Shown: piece after piece, positions 37,494 through 47,627 of the stretch
How positions within the stretch are numbered: the stretch's first letter is position 1
Layout: the number at the start of each line of letters is the position of its first letter
Source: Clostridia bacterium
GTDB taxonomy: Bacteria > Bacillota > Clostridia > Christensenellales > QALW01
DNA length: 64,000 nucleotides
Reading direction: 5' to 3'
Assembly (NCBI GenBank): GCA_045541035.1
Contig: JAZQII010000038.1
Location: forward strand, 1,598 to 65,597
The notes under the pieces: model-generated
Databases searched by the model: none
What the model saw: the letters and a program-made list of their open reading frames with translations, nothing else
Told to the model about the DNA's origin: nothing
Position numbers and translations under genes: made by a program

Positions 37494-39839
37494 ATGAACG
37501 AAAAACTTTTTAAAACGCTTGAATTTGATAAAATTAAAGAAATATTAGGGAAAAATGCAGTATCAAAAATGGGAAAGGATATTATTAAAGACCTTTGCCC
37601 TGAAACAAATGTTCATGATGTGAGAGCACTTCTTAATGAGACAGATGAAGCGGTTAAAATCATTGAAAAGCACGGATCTTCACCTATAAACAGATATAAT
37701 GACGTACGCGCTGTTCTTTCGCGAGTGCGCATTGAAGCGGTTCTTTCTATGGGTGAACTTCTTGATATGGCACTTTTCTTAAAAGCGGTTCGTGTTGCCC
37801 GCAGAGGTATTTCTGACGGTAATGATGAAAAGGAAAACGAACTTTTAAATCTTGCCCGTCTTCTTGTTCCCATGAAGGATATTGAAGATGAGATTTTTAC
37901 CGATATTATAAGCGAGGAAGAAATGGCAGATTCTGCAAGTTCCCGTCTTCATTCCTTAAGGAGGCAGATCCGTCAGCAGAACGACAGTATAAAGGATAGA
38001 CTTAATGCTCTTGTAAGAAGCCTTGATAAAGACGGTGTCCTTCAGGAAGGCATCATAACTTTAAGAAATGACCGTTACGTGCTTCCCGTTGTTGCAGCCC
38101 ATAAGGGTAGAGTTCCGGGTATTGTTCACGATCAGTCGGCAAGCGGAGCAACGCTTTTTATTGAACCGATGGCGGTTGTTGAAATAAATAACACGATACG
38201 TCAGTTAAAACTTGATGAACGTGATGAAATTCAGCGTATTCTTGAAAACTTTTCAAAAGAACTTTTTAAACAGTTCAATGTTCTTGAAAGTAATAATACA
38301 ATTCTTGCCCGTCTTGACGTTATCTTTGCAAAAGCAAAATTAAGCCGCGAAATGAACGGCGTAAGTCCCAAAATCAACGAAAAAGGCTATATAAATATTA
38401 TTAACGGCAGGCATCCTTTAATTGAAAAAAACAAGGTCGTGCCAATAAGTATCTGGCTTGGAAAAGAATTTACTCAACTTCTTATTACGGGCCCCAATAC
38501 CGGCGGAAAAACCGTATCGTTAAAAACTGTAGGTCTTTTTCAACTTATGGCGCAGTCAGGTCTGCACCTGCCTTGCGATGAAGGCTCGGAAGTTTCGGTG
38601 TTTGATAACGTTTTTGCCGATATAGGCGATGAGCAGAGCATTCAGCAAAGTTTATCGACTTTTTCATCGCACATGAAGAATATTTCTCTTATTTTAAAGG
38701 AAATAACAGAAAAGTCTCTTGTTCTTTTTGATGAACTTGGCGCAGGTACCGATCCTGCCGAGGGTGCCGCCCTTGCAATGAGTATTTTGGAAGAATTAAG
38801 AAGAAGGCGCATAAGAACGGTTGTAACGTCTCACTATGCAGAATTAAAGGTATATTCTTTATCTCATGCAGGCTCTGAAAATGCTTCTGTTGAGTTTGAC
38901 GTTCATTCTCTGAAACCCACTTACCGTCTTATGGTAGGCGTTCCGGGGAACAGTAACGCATTTCTTATATCTCAAAAACTCGGGCTTGAAAAGTATCTTA
39001 TAGACAGAGCGCGCAGTTACGTAAACGAAGATACGCGTAAACTTGATAAAGTTCTTACCAATGCCGAAGAATACAGAGCATCTGCTCAGGCAAAACGTTC
39101 CGAAGCCGAACAACTTAAGGTTGAAATTGCTTCTGAGCGCCGCAACATGGAAAAAGAGAAAAAAGAGTTTGAGCGTGAGAAGAAGAAAATAGTTGCTGAT
39201 GCTTTGCGCGAAGCGGAAAAAATAAAAGAAAACGCTTTAAAAGAAGCGGAAAAAGTAATTGAAGAATTAAAATCCTTAAGTCAAAGCGCTGATCCTTCCG
39301 CAATATTTAAAGCCCGTGAATTAAAGAAAAAGATAAACGTAAAAAAAGAAGAAAGTTATCTTGAAGACGTTAAAACAGGCGAACCCATTAAGAATTTTAT
39401 GCTTGGAATGGATGTGTACGTTACGTCATTGGATAAAGACGGCACACTTGTAACGCTTCCCAATTCTAAAGGGAAAGCAACGGTTTCTATCGGCATAATC
39501 CAAACGGAGATTGACGTTAAATATCTTTGTTATCCCAAAAAGAAAAAAGAAGCGGAAAGTTCAAATATAAAAGTTCAGCGTGCACATTCAAATGTACCCA
39601 TGTCTCTTGACGTGCGCGGTCAACTTTCCGATGAAGCAGTTTTAAACGTGGATATGTATCTTGACCTTGCTTACGGCAGAAATTTAGGTTCGGTTACCAT
39701 TATTCACGGCAAAGGAACAGGCGCATTAAAAAGCGCAATATGGGAATATTTAAAGCAGAATAAAAAAGTTTCCGCTTACCGTCTCGGCGCCTACGGTGAA
39801 GGCGATGCAGGTGTAACGGTTGTCGAATTAAAAAAATAA
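37494..39839 (+). CDS. mutS2: Endonuclease MutS2
   Basis: 781 aa, Walker A GPNTGGKT, coiled-coil K/E-rich region, C-terminal Smr domain (LDVRG...IIHGKGTGALK). Confidence 0.95.
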   Translation: MNEKLFKTLEFDKIKEILGKNAVSKMGKDIIKDLCPETNVHDVRALLNETDEAVKIIEKHGSSPINRYNDVRAVLSRVRIEAVLSMGELLDMALFLKAVRVARRGISDGNDEKENELLNLARLLVPMKDIEDEIFTDIISEEEMADSASSRLHSLRRQIRQQNDSIKDRLNALVRSLDKDGVLQEGIITLRNDRYVLPVVAAHKGRVPGIVHDQSASGATLFIEPMAVVEINNTIRQLKLDERDEIQRILENFSKELFKQFNVLESNNTILARLDVIFAKAKLSREMNGVSPKINEKGYINIINGRHPLIEKNKVVPISIWLGKEFTQLLITGPNTGGKTVSLKTVGLFQLMAQSGLHLPCDEGSEVSVFDNVFADIGDEQSIQQSLSTFSSHMKNISLILKEITEKSLVLFDELGAGTDPAEGAALAMSILEELRRRRIRTVVTSHYAELKVYSLSHAGSENASVEFDVHSLKPTYRLMVGVPGNSNAFLISQKLGLEKYLIDRARSYVNEDTRKLDKVLTNAEEYRASAQAKRSEAEQLKVEIASERRNMEKEKKEFEREKKKIVADALREAEKIKENALKEAEKVIEELKSLSQSADPSAIFKARELKKKINVKKEESYLEDVKTGEPIKNFMLGMDVYVTSLDKDGTLVTLPNSKGKATVSIGIIQTEIDVKYLCYPKKKKEAESSNIKVQRAHSNVPMSLDVRGQLSDEAVLNVDMYLDLAYGRNLGSVTIIHGKGTGALKSAIWEYLKQNKKVSAYRLGAYGEGDAGVTVVELKK

Positions 39840-39918
39840 AAAAAATATGTCAAAAATTGCAATTATGTGTTATAATATATTCACAAATGAAATTTTATAA
39901 ACAAATAGGAGGTTTTTT

Positions 39919-40608
39919 ATGTTAAACAAGACAAAAATTTTAGTAGTTGATGATGATAAGCACATATCAGAAGTGGTTAAACTTTATCTTGAAAAAGAAG
40001 GCTATGAGGTTTACATTGCTGAAGACGGCGCAGAAGGCGTAAATAAATTCAAAGCCGTTCAACCTAAACTTGTCGTTCTTGATATTATGCTTCCCATTAT
40101 GGACGGTATGCAGGTATGTAACGAGATCCGTCGTATAGATAACACACCGATCATTATGCTTTCAGCAAAAGGCGAAGTATTTGATAAAGTTCTTCTTCTT
40201 GAACTTGGTGCAGATGACTATATGGTTAAACCCTTTGAGCCTAAAGAACTTATTGCCCGTATCAAGGCAATTTTGAGACGTAGCGCCCAAAGAGAAGAAG
40301 TCAGCGAAAACGTTGAATATAAAGAACTTATAATCAACATTACCGACTATACCGTTACATATAAGGATCAGAAGATCGAGATGCCTCCCAAGGAGATCGA
40401 ACTTCTTTATTACCTTGCATCACATCCCAAAAAGGTATTTACCCGTCAGCAACTTTTAGAGCAAGTATGGGGCTTTGAATATTTCGGCGATTCACGTACT
40501 GTTGACGTTCATATTAAGCGTATCCGCGAAAAAGTTTGCGGCAACGATCAATGGAACATTAAAACAGTATGGGGCATTGGCTATAAATTTGAGGTAAACG
40601 AAGAATGA
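39919..40608 (+). CDS. OmpR-family response regulator
   Basis: Receiver domain (VVDDD..., LDIMLP, K at ..YMVKPF) plus a winged-helix output (RTVDVHIKRIREK..., GIGYKF). Confidence 0.92.
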   Translation: MLNKTKILVVDDDKHISEVVKLYLEKEGYEVYIAEDGAEGVNKFKAVQPKLVVLDIMLPIMDGMQVCNEIRRIDNTPIIMLSAKGEVFDKVLLLELGADDYMVKPFEPKELIARIKAILRRSAQREEVSENVEYKELIINITDYTVTYKDQKIEMPPKEIELLYYLASHPKKVFTRQQLLEQVWGFEYFGDSRTVDVHIKRIREKVCGNDQWNIKTVWGIGYKFEVNEE

Positions 40609-42047
40609 TCTTCAGATCCCTAAGGATAAAACTTGTATCGATATATCTTCTTATAGTAATTCTGTTCATCTTTATTCTTGGCGCAACGCTTACGTTTTCC
40701 TTTAAAAAGCATCTTTACGATATGCGTGAAGAAAGCGTTGTTGAATGTGCAAAGCAGATCACACAGATGTATTCTGACGGTTCTCTTGCCGTTGTCGATA
40801 TTGAAAACGGACAAACTATTCCCGTTTTAATGACCACCGCAAAGGATTTTGATGCAACAATTCAGATTGCCAACACCACTTCGCGCCGTCTTAATTATAA
40901 CATGGATGATGAAAAACTTACCGTTTATGAAAAAGACGAACTTGTAAGCGATGAAATTTACAATACGGTTTATTATAAGAAAGAAGTATTTGTAAAATCC
41001 GATTACTATAATGAGGAAATGGGCAAAAAGGTGCTTACTGTTGCATATCCTATGATGTATCCTAATTCCGACGATAAACCTTGGGCAATTCTTATTATAA
41101 ATTCATCTTTGGATACTGTTAACGAAACCTATTCAAAAATTGTGAATATGTTGTGGTTCCCCGCAATAATCATATTTTTGCTTGGCTTTTTCATGATCTA
41201 TATTCTCGTTAACGGAGTTGTTACCCGCGTGCGCAGGCTTAATTCTGCAACGCAGGCAATTGCAAAAGGTCAGTTTGATATAGAGATTGATGACCGCGGA
41301 ACAGATGAAATTTCGCAGCTTGCCAAAGGATTCAATCAGATGGCAGAAGATCTGAAAGTCAGCGATGCATCAAAACGTGATTTCGTTTCCAATGCTGCCC
41401 ATGAACTCCGTTCACCGATGACAAGTATCAACGGTTTTGTTGAAGGCATGCTTGACGGAACAATTCCCCAAGAAAAGCACAGAATGTATCTTGAAATAGT
41501 TTCTTCGGAGGTTAAACGCCTTACAAAACTTGTTAAAACTATGCTTGATCTTTCAAGAATAGAATCAGGCAGAGATAAGATCACTTTATCAAAAATTGAT
41601 ATAAATGAACTTATAAGGCACGTAATTATAAGGTTAAGTCAAAAAATCGAGCAGAAAGGCATATTGCCTGAAATCGAAATTTCCGATGAACCTTTATTTG
41701 TTATGGCTGATTCTGATAAGATCGAACAAGTTTTGCAGAATCTTGTGGATAATGCAATTAAATTTACAGATGAAGGCAAAAGTTTATTGCTTTCAACTGT
41801 CAAAAAAGGCAATAAAGTTTACGTTACAGTTAAAGATGAAGGCGCAGGTATAAGCGAAAACGATCTTAAATTTATTTGGGATCGGTTCTATACTGTCGAT
41901 AAAGCACGTAGCGGTAATAAATCCGGAACAGGTCTCGGTCTTTCTATTGTAAAGAGTATAATTGATCAGCATGGTCAGGAAATTTCCGTTAAAAGTACCG
42001 AAAACGTGGGAACAGAATTTGTATTTACACTTCAGGCAGGTGAATAA
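40605..42047 (+). CDS. Sensor histidine kinase (two TM, extracytoplasmic loop, HAMP, HisKA, HATPase)
   Basis: H-box SNAAHELRSPMTS, N-box DNAIKFT, G-boxes DEGAGI and GTGLGLSIV. 4-nt overlap with the regulator gene. Confidence 0.92.
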   Translation: MIFRSLRIKLVSIYLLIVILFIFILGATLTFSFKKHLYDMREESVVECAKQITQMYSDGSLAVVDIENGQTIPVLMTTAKDFDATIQIANTTSRRLNYNMDDEKLTVYEKDELVSDEIYNTVYYKKEVFVKSDYYNEEMGKKVLTVAYPMMYPNSDDKPWAILIINSSLDTVNETYSKIVNMLWFPAIIIFLLGFFMIYILVNGVVTRVRRLNSATQAIAKGQFDIEIDDRGTDEISQLAKGFNQMAEDLKVSDASKRDFVSNAAHELRSPMTSINGFVEGMLDGTIPQEKHRMYLEIVSSEVKRLTKLVKTMLDLSRIESGRDKITLSKIDINELIRHVIIRLSQKIEQKGILPEIEISDEPLFVMADSDKIEQVLQNLVDNAIKFTDEGKSLLLSTVKKGNKVYVTVKDEGAGISENDLKFIWDRFYTVDKARSGNKSGTGLGLSIVKSIIDQHGQEISVKSTENVGTEFVFTLQAGE

Positions 42048-42048
42048 A

Positions 42049-43146
42049 ATGCGCGACGATTTCTTTCTTGAAGAAAAAAACAGAAAAGGTATAAGCGTAA
42101 CAGTTTTTATAGTTGTGATTCTGTTGATTGCTTTGTTAAGTTCAACTGCAACTTATTTCTTTATGCCAACCTTAAAAGTAAACAAAAGCGAACTTCAAAA
42201 AACGCCGCAGCCAACAAGTTCTCCCGTTGTAAACGGGCAGACAGACGTAACGGTTGACGGCACAGAAACGGTGTTTACAAAACTTTATGAAGAAAACTGT
42301 AATACCGTTGTTGTTCTTGACGCATATATAAAACAGAACGGTCAGGAATTAAAATACAGTCAGAGTTCAGGCTTTATTATCAGCGAGGACGGTTATATTT
42401 TAACAAATCATCATTGCGTTGACGGCATGGATAAAATCACCGTAACCCTTTATTCAGGTGAAACTTACGATGCCGAAGTTGTAGGCTCTGATGACAGAAC
42501 TGAAGTTGCCGTTTTGAAGATTGATTCAAAAGAAAAACTTAAAACTGCAGTTCTTGGCGATTCAGATAAGATCAAGATAGGTCAGTATGCCGTTGCAATA
42601 GGCAATCCCGTAGGCTTTGAATATTCAATGAGTATCGGATTTGTATCAGGTCTTGAACGTGCAGTTGATTCAAATAATTTCAGATATAAGATGATTCAGG
42701 TTGATACGCCTCTTAATTCAGGCAACAGCGGCGGTCCGCTTTTTAATGCTCAGGGCGAAGTAATCGGTATCAATACCATGAAAAGTTCGTCTTATACGTC
42801 AGTTGTTGAAGGAATCGGCTTTGCAATTCCCATAAATCTTGCAAAAAGCATTTCCGAAAAACTTATTAAAGACGGTAAAATAACCCGTGCGGCTATAGAA
42901 GCCACCGTAGGCACCTATAATCAGGGCGGCGCTATAGTTGCTGAAGTTACACCGGGCGGAGCCGCAGAAAAGGCTGGAATCAAGGCTAATGACGTTATCG
43001 TTTCATTTAACGGCAAGGAGATTCTTTCCGTAAACGATCTTATTGAGCAGATCGATTTCTTAAAACCCGGTGATACAGTTGATATAACCGTTATCCGCGG
43101 AGAAACAGAAGAAGTAAAATTAAAGATTACGTTAGGTTCAATGTAA
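42049..43146 (+). CDS. HtrA/DegP-family serine protease with PDZ domain
   Basis: TNHHCV, D-x-A-V-L-K and GNSGGPL triad motifs, one TM, C-terminal PDZ. ATG at 42049, 1 nt after the kinase stop; the track start at 41962 overlaps the kinase frame. Confidence 0.9.
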   Translation: MRDDFFLEEKNRKGISVTVFIVVILLIALLSSTATYFFMPTLKVNKSELQKTPQPTSSPVVNGQTDVTVDGTETVFTKLYEENCNTVVVLDAYIKQNGQELKYSQSSGFIISEDGYILTNHHCVDGMDKITVTLYSGETYDAEVVGSDDRTEVAVLKIDSKEKLKTAVLGDSDKIKIGQYAVAIGNPVGFEYSMSIGFVSGLERAVDSNNFRYKMIQVDTPLNSGNSGGPLFNAQGEVIGINTMKSSSYTSVVEGIGFAIPINLAKSISEKLIKDGKITRAAIEATVGTYNQGGAIVAEVTPGGAAEKAGIKANDVIVSFNGKEILSVNDLIEQIDFLKPGDTVDITVIRGETEEVKLKITLGSM

Positions 43147-43152
43147 AAAATT

Positions 43153-43189
43153 AAAACCACTAGTTCATTCATTCAACTAGTGGTTTTTT
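43153..43189. terminator. Intrinsic terminator, bidirectional
   Basis: 13-bp stem AAAACCACTAGTT (43153-43165) / AACTAGTGGTTTT (43175-43187), 9-nt loop, flanking T and A runs. Lies between convergent genes. Confidence 0.9.
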
Positions 43190-43199
43190 GTTTATTAAA

Positions 43200-45227
43200 C
43201 TACGGTGTTGGCGGATCTGTGTTTTCGGGGGTAGGTGAAGGTGTAGCCGTCGCTATTACAGTAGCGGTAGGAGTTGCAGTAGGCGCTTCTGTAGGCTCTA
43301 TAGTAGGCTCTATAGTTGGCTCTGCCGTCGGTGCTGTAGTAGGTGTTGCGGTAGGCTCTATAGTAGGAGTTAACGTTGCAGGAGCCAATGTAGGTGTAGC
43401 CGTTGCGGTAGCAGTAGCAGTAGCCGTAGGTCTTGGTGTGGCGGTTGCAGTAGATGTTACACTTGCCGTAGCGGTGGGAGTTACTGTAACTTCAGGACTT
43501 ACTGTGGGGCTTACTTCAGGTGAAATTTCAGGTGATGTTTCAGGCACTAAAGTATCTTCGTTTTCTTCAAGACATTCTGCATACCATACTTTTATAACGG
43601 GAGTTCCGTTTTCTTCAACAATACCTGCAAGAAGATCATAGGTTTTGCCGATTTCGATTATGGAAGGCGTATCCTTTATGTTAAAAGTAATCTTTTTATT
43701 ACCGATAACACCGTTTACATTATATGATCTTCCGAAACTTTCAACTTTAACAGATTTAATATTGAAATTTTTATTTAATTCTAAAGATAAATCATTTAAA
43801 ATTTCGGGAGTAAATTCATTTAAAGTGGTAAGAAGATTATCTGCATCGGGCCAATAATTAAATGTAATACCGTTTTTAGCAACGGCATCTGCAGTTTTTG
43901 CGGTAAGAATTGCATCAACGGGACCGTAAGAGCAACGTGAAAGATCAAGTGTAACAACAAAAGATCCTGCTTCGGCGCCGCTTTCAAGAGATTTTACGGG
44001 AAGATTTGAAAATACTGAAGCGTTAGGCACGGTAGTATAAGTAAGTGTAACTGTATTTTCGCTGTGAATTTCACTTGTTTCAGATGAAACAACTAACTGA
44101 ATAGGCGAAGTTTCGCGGATAAGTTTAAAGGAATAAGTCTGTTTTGCTGAGTAAGGCTGAGTAATTGTCAAAGTATAGTCTTTAGAAGAGTTTTCTTCAA
44201 CAGTTAAAGGATAGGTTACTGCGCCTTCTCCGCCAAGAATATCGTTAATGTTTTCACCGTTAAGGGTAACGTTGCTTTTTGTGCCAAGCCATAAATTAAG
44301 ATTGTAAGTATCGTTATAAACTTTGATCTCGTTCTGCTTTATGCTTGCTTCGGCGTTTGCTTCAGGAACGTTTAAAGTGATATTTTCCGTTTTGCATGAA
44401 TATTCCTTGTTGTTTCGGATATATCTTGCATCAAGTTCAACTGCGACCGTATCGTCAAAGACGAACTTATCATCGTAAAGATCTGTTAAATAAAGGTCAA
44501 ATAAAAGAGTATTTTCTTTAAAAGTATATTCTTTGCCGTTTAACTTAAAGATAAGTTTATCGCCTGCTTTTCCGTAAAAAACAGCGTGAATAAAATCGTT
44601 GCCTTCGTTATCGGTTTGTTTGGTGATTTCAGGTGCAGAAACGTTAAGAGCAACCGTTGCGTCTTTTTTAGAACCGGGGAAAAGTGTGAAGCCGAGAATT
44701 ATAAGAAGTACCGCCGCAATAGGTGCGATAAGCCATAATAACTTCATTTTGTTCTTCTGTTGAGGTTCTGCTTCTTCCGAAACTTCAGTTTCGCTTTCTT
44801 CTGAGTATTCTGCTTCAATAACTTCCGCTTCTTCGCTTACGTCTTTAGGTTCGCTCTCTTTGATAGCCTCAACTTCTTCAATAGGTTCAACTTCTACGAT
44901 AGGCTCAACCTCTGCGATAGGCTCAACTTCTTCAATAGGTTCAACCTCTTCAATAGGTTCAACTTCTGCGATAGGCTCAACTTCTACAATAGGCTCAACT
45001 TCTACCACAGGCTCAACTTCTGCGATAGGTTCAACTTCTTTGATAGGTTCAACCTCTATGAATGTTGCCTGAACGGGTTCTGTTTCCTTAATAACTTCCG
45101 TAACTTCAAAAACGGGAGTTTCTTCCAAAGCAGGCTTTATAATTTCTTTCTTTATTAAAGGTGCACCGCAATGGAAGCATCTTTTTCTTGTATCGCTGTT
45201 TTTTACACCGCATTTTCTACAGATCAT
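43200..45227 (-). CDS. Zinc-ribbon membrane protein with cytoplasmic acidic hexapeptide repeats and a Pro/Thr/Ala-rich C-terminus, unknown function
   Basis: N-terminal CRKCG-x13-CFHCG zinc ribbon, about 11 E-V-E-P-I-x repeats, one TM (LLWLIAPIAAVLLIILGFTLF), a ~330-aa beta-rich extracytoplasmic region and a ~110-aa PT(A/E) low-complexity tail. Confidence 0.75.
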   Translation of the reverse strand: MICRKCGVKNSDTRKRCFHCGAPLIKKEIIKPALEETPVFEVTEVIKETEPVQATFIEVEPIKEVEPIAEVEPVVEVEPIVEVEPIAEVEPIEEVEPIEEVEPIAEVEPIVEVEPIEEVEAIKESEPKDVSEEAEVIEAEYSEESETEVSEEAEPQQKNKMKLLWLIAPIAAVLLIILGFTLFPGSKKDATVALNVSAPEITKQTDNEGNDFIHAVFYGKAGDKLIFKLNGKEYTFKENTLLFDLYLTDLYDDKFVFDDTVAVELDARYIRNNKEYSCKTENITLNVPEANAEASIKQNEIKVYNDTYNLNLWLGTKSNVTLNGENINDILGGEGAVTYPLTVEENSSKDYTLTITQPYSAKQTYSFKLIRETSPIQLVVSSETSEIHSENTVTLTYTTVPNASVFSNLPVKSLESGAEAGSFVVTLDLSRCSYGPVDAILTAKTADAVAKNGITFNYWPDADNLLTTLNEFTPEILNDLSLELNKNFNIKSVKVESFGRSYNVNGVIGNKKITFNIKDTPSIIEIGKTYDLLAGIVEENGTPVIKVWYAECLEENEDTLVPETSPEISPEVSPTVSPEVTVTPTATASVTSTATATPRPTATATATATATPTLAPATLTPTIEPTATPTTAPTAEPTIEPTIEPTEAPTATPTATVIATATPSPTPENTDPPTP
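44863..45060 (-). repeat. Tandem 18-bp coding repeat (about 11 copies)
   Basis: Plus-strand unit ATAGG(Y)TCAAC(Y)TCTNCN repeated head-to-tail. It encodes the (E/A)VEPI(A/V/E) hexapeptide array of the 43200-45227 protein. Confidence 0.9.
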
Positions 45228-45339
45228 AAAAAATTCTCCTGTAAATTTAATTATTTATGTATTATAACATAATTTTCTCGCGTTGGCAAGATTTGAATAG
45301 TTTTTATTTTTTTAGAAAAACTAAAAAACGGGTGATTTT

Positions 45340-47574
45340 ATGTTAAAAATTAAAAAAAGATACATTTTTATAATTGCTTTGATGCTGATAATGACTGTTT
45401 TTTCTGTTACGGTATTTATAAACGTACCGGATCTGTCTGTTGAAAAAATAACAAAAATATCACAGTCACTAAAAATATACGATAAAAATAACGTTCTATC
45501 TGCTGAACTTAACGGTGGTCAGAACAGAAGAAATATTTCTATATCCGATATTCCAAAGCACGTAACAGATGCACTTATTGCCACCGAGGACATAAGATTT
45601 TACGAACATAACGGCATAGACATAAAGCGTATATTCGGCGCTCTTTTAAGCGATATTTCATCGGGAAGTTTAAAAGAGGGCGCAAGCACTTTAACGCAAC
45701 AACTGATAAAAAATTCGCATCTGAGCAATGAAAAAACTTTTTCGCGAAAAATAAATGAAGCAATTCTTGCCCTTCAACTTGAACGTAAGTATGAAAAAGA
45801 TGAAATCCTGGAGATGTATCTTAATTTTGTATATTTCGGCAGGGGTGCTTACGGCATTGAAGCAGCAGCCCAATCATATTTTGGAATTTCTGCAAAAGAA
45901 CTTTCCGTTTCTCAAAGCGCAACGCTTATTGGTATCCTTAAAGCACCGTCAAAATACGCGCCTCATCTTAATATGGATAACGCCATAAAAAGAAGAAACA
46001 CAGTTCTTGGGCAAATGAAAAAATATAATTTTTTAACTGAAGAAGATTATAAAAAATATTGTTCCGAAGAAATTAATATAATTGAAAAAATAACTTATCC
46101 CGATTACGGATATTATACCGATTACGTGCTTATTGAAGGTGCTGAAAAACTTAATATAACGGTAAACGATCTTCTTGGCGGCGGATATAATATTTATACC
46201 ACCCTTGACAGTTCGCTTCAGGAAGATTTGCAGAAAATATATGAAAATAAAGATAATTTTCACGATGAATTTGTTCAGTCGGCATCGGTTATTATAGATA
46301 ATTTAAACGGTTCTGTTTCAGCCCTTATCGGAGGCAGGGAACATGAAGGTATGCGTGTTTTTAACAGAGCGCTTTCGCGCCGTCAACCGGGATCTTGTAT
46401 AAAGCCGTTGCTTGTTTACGGACCTGCTTTTGAAAAGGGAAGCATTACTCCTTTAACGGTCTTTAATGATTCAAGAAAAAGTTTTGACGGATATTCTCCC
46501 ACAAACTATAAAAACGTTTATTACGGTAACGTAACCGTTCGCCAAGCGTTATCTTTATCTTTAAACGTACCTGCAGTTGAAATTTTAGAGAAAAACGGAA
46601 CGGAATATTCAAAAGATTTTTGCGAAAAAGCAGGAATTACTTTCCATCAAGATGATAATTATCTTGCCCTTGCTTTAGGCGGAATGAAATATGGCACGTC
46701 GCCCCTTGAACTTGCAGGCGCATATTCAATGTTATCAAGAATGGGAACATTTATTTCACCTTGGTGTATTGAAAAAATAACTGACTTTTCAGGAAATATT
46801 CTCTATGAGCATAAAGAAAATTCAACGCGTGTGTTTAAGGAAAGTACGTCATTTATGTTAACCGATATTTTATTTGACGTTTCAAAACATCAGTCCAACG
46901 GACTTAACGTTTTATCGGTTCCAATAGCCTGCAAAACGGGAACGGTGGGGTATAACGGGCAAGGTCATTCCGACGCATGGTGTACAAGTTATATAAAAAC
47001 CCACACCGTATGCACCTGGGTGGGCTATGATAAAACCGACGAAAATAATTATTTGCCATATGAGATTACGGGAAGTGCAACCCCTGCAAAAATTTCCGCA
47101 GAAATTTATAAAAGTATTTTAAAAAATAATGAGTACGTGCGGTTTCTTGAGCCTGAAACCGTTAAAAAACTTTCAATTGACGAATATTCTTTAAAAAAGG
47201 AAAATAAAATATATCTTGCAACAGAAAATCAAAAAAACGTAATTTACGAATATTTTGACGTCGAAAATGCGCCGAGTTTAACAAATTCATATTGGGAAAA
47301 ACCCAAAACGCCAACTGATATATTTATTCAATTAAATGAATTACGTCAGGCAGAAATTTCATTTTGCGCATTAAATGATTATACGGAGTACGTCATTTAT
47401 AAAAACGGTATAGAAATTAACCGCATTTCGGGAACAGAAAATGAAATACTGATTTTTACAGATGAAAATTATTTTTCAGGAGATAAATACGTAATTTTGC
47501 CCGTTCATAAGGAAGTTTTTGTTTCAGGTAAGCCTTTTGCAGGCGAAAAAAGCGGTGAAATAATGCTACACTAA
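45340..47574 (+). CDS. Class A penicillin-binding protein (transglycosylase/transpeptidase, PBP1A-like)
   Basis: N-terminal TM. GT51 motifs EDIRFYEHNGID and GASTLTQQL. Transpeptidase motifs SCIKP (SxxK), SLN and KTGT. Confidence 0.92.
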   Translation: MLKIKKRYIFIIALMLIMTVFSVTVFINVPDLSVEKITKISQSLKIYDKNNVLSAELNGGQNRRNISISDIPKHVTDALIATEDIRFYEHNGIDIKRIFGALLSDISSGSLKEGASTLTQQLIKNSHLSNEKTFSRKINEAILALQLERKYEKDEILEMYLNFVYFGRGAYGIEAAAQSYFGISAKELSVSQSATLIGILKAPSKYAPHLNMDNAIKRRNTVLGQMKKYNFLTEEDYKKYCSEEINIIEKITYPDYGYYTDYVLIEGAEKLNITVNDLLGGGYNIYTTLDSSLQEDLQKIYENKDNFHDEFVQSASVIIDNLNGSVSALIGGREHEGMRVFNRALSRRQPGSCIKPLLVYGPAFEKGSITPLTVFNDSRKSFDGYSPTNYKNVYYGNVTVRQALSLSLNVPAVEILEKNGTEYSKDFCEKAGITFHQDDNYLALALGGMKYGTSPLELAGAYSMLSRMGTFISPWCIEKITDFSGNILYEHKENSTRVFKESTSFMLTDILFDVSKHQSNGLNVLSVPIACKTGTVGYNGQGHSDAWCTSYIKTHTVCTWVGYDKTDENNYLPYEITGSATPAKISAEIYKSILKNNEYVRFLEPETVKKLSIDEYSLKKENKIYLATENQKNVIYEYFDVENAPSLTNSYWEKPKTPTDIFIQLNELRQAEISFCALNDYTEYVIYKNGIEINRISGTENEILIFTDENYFSGDKYVILPVHKEVFVSGKPFAGEKSGEIMLH

Positions 47575-47627
47575 TTTTTCACTTCCAAAAAATTACAATA
47601 TGTGGTAGAATAATAACGGTGATTATT

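Noticed and set aside
43180-43641. 153-aa plus-strand ORF, extremely Gly/Val/Ala-rich (…GVAVGASVGSIVGSIVGSAVGAVVG…)
   Set aside because: It is the antisense reading of the Pro/Thr/Ala-rich tail of the 43200-45227 gene. It has low-complexity mirror composition and no RBS, and its start lies inside the bidirectional terminator.
44860-45072. 70-aa plus-strand ORF made of IGSTS repeats; also considered whether the regular 18-bp repeats could be a CRISPR-like array
   Set aside because: The repeats are contiguous with no spacers. They lie in frame within a long minus-strand gene, where they encode EVEPIx hexapeptides. The plus-strand ORF is an antisense artefact.
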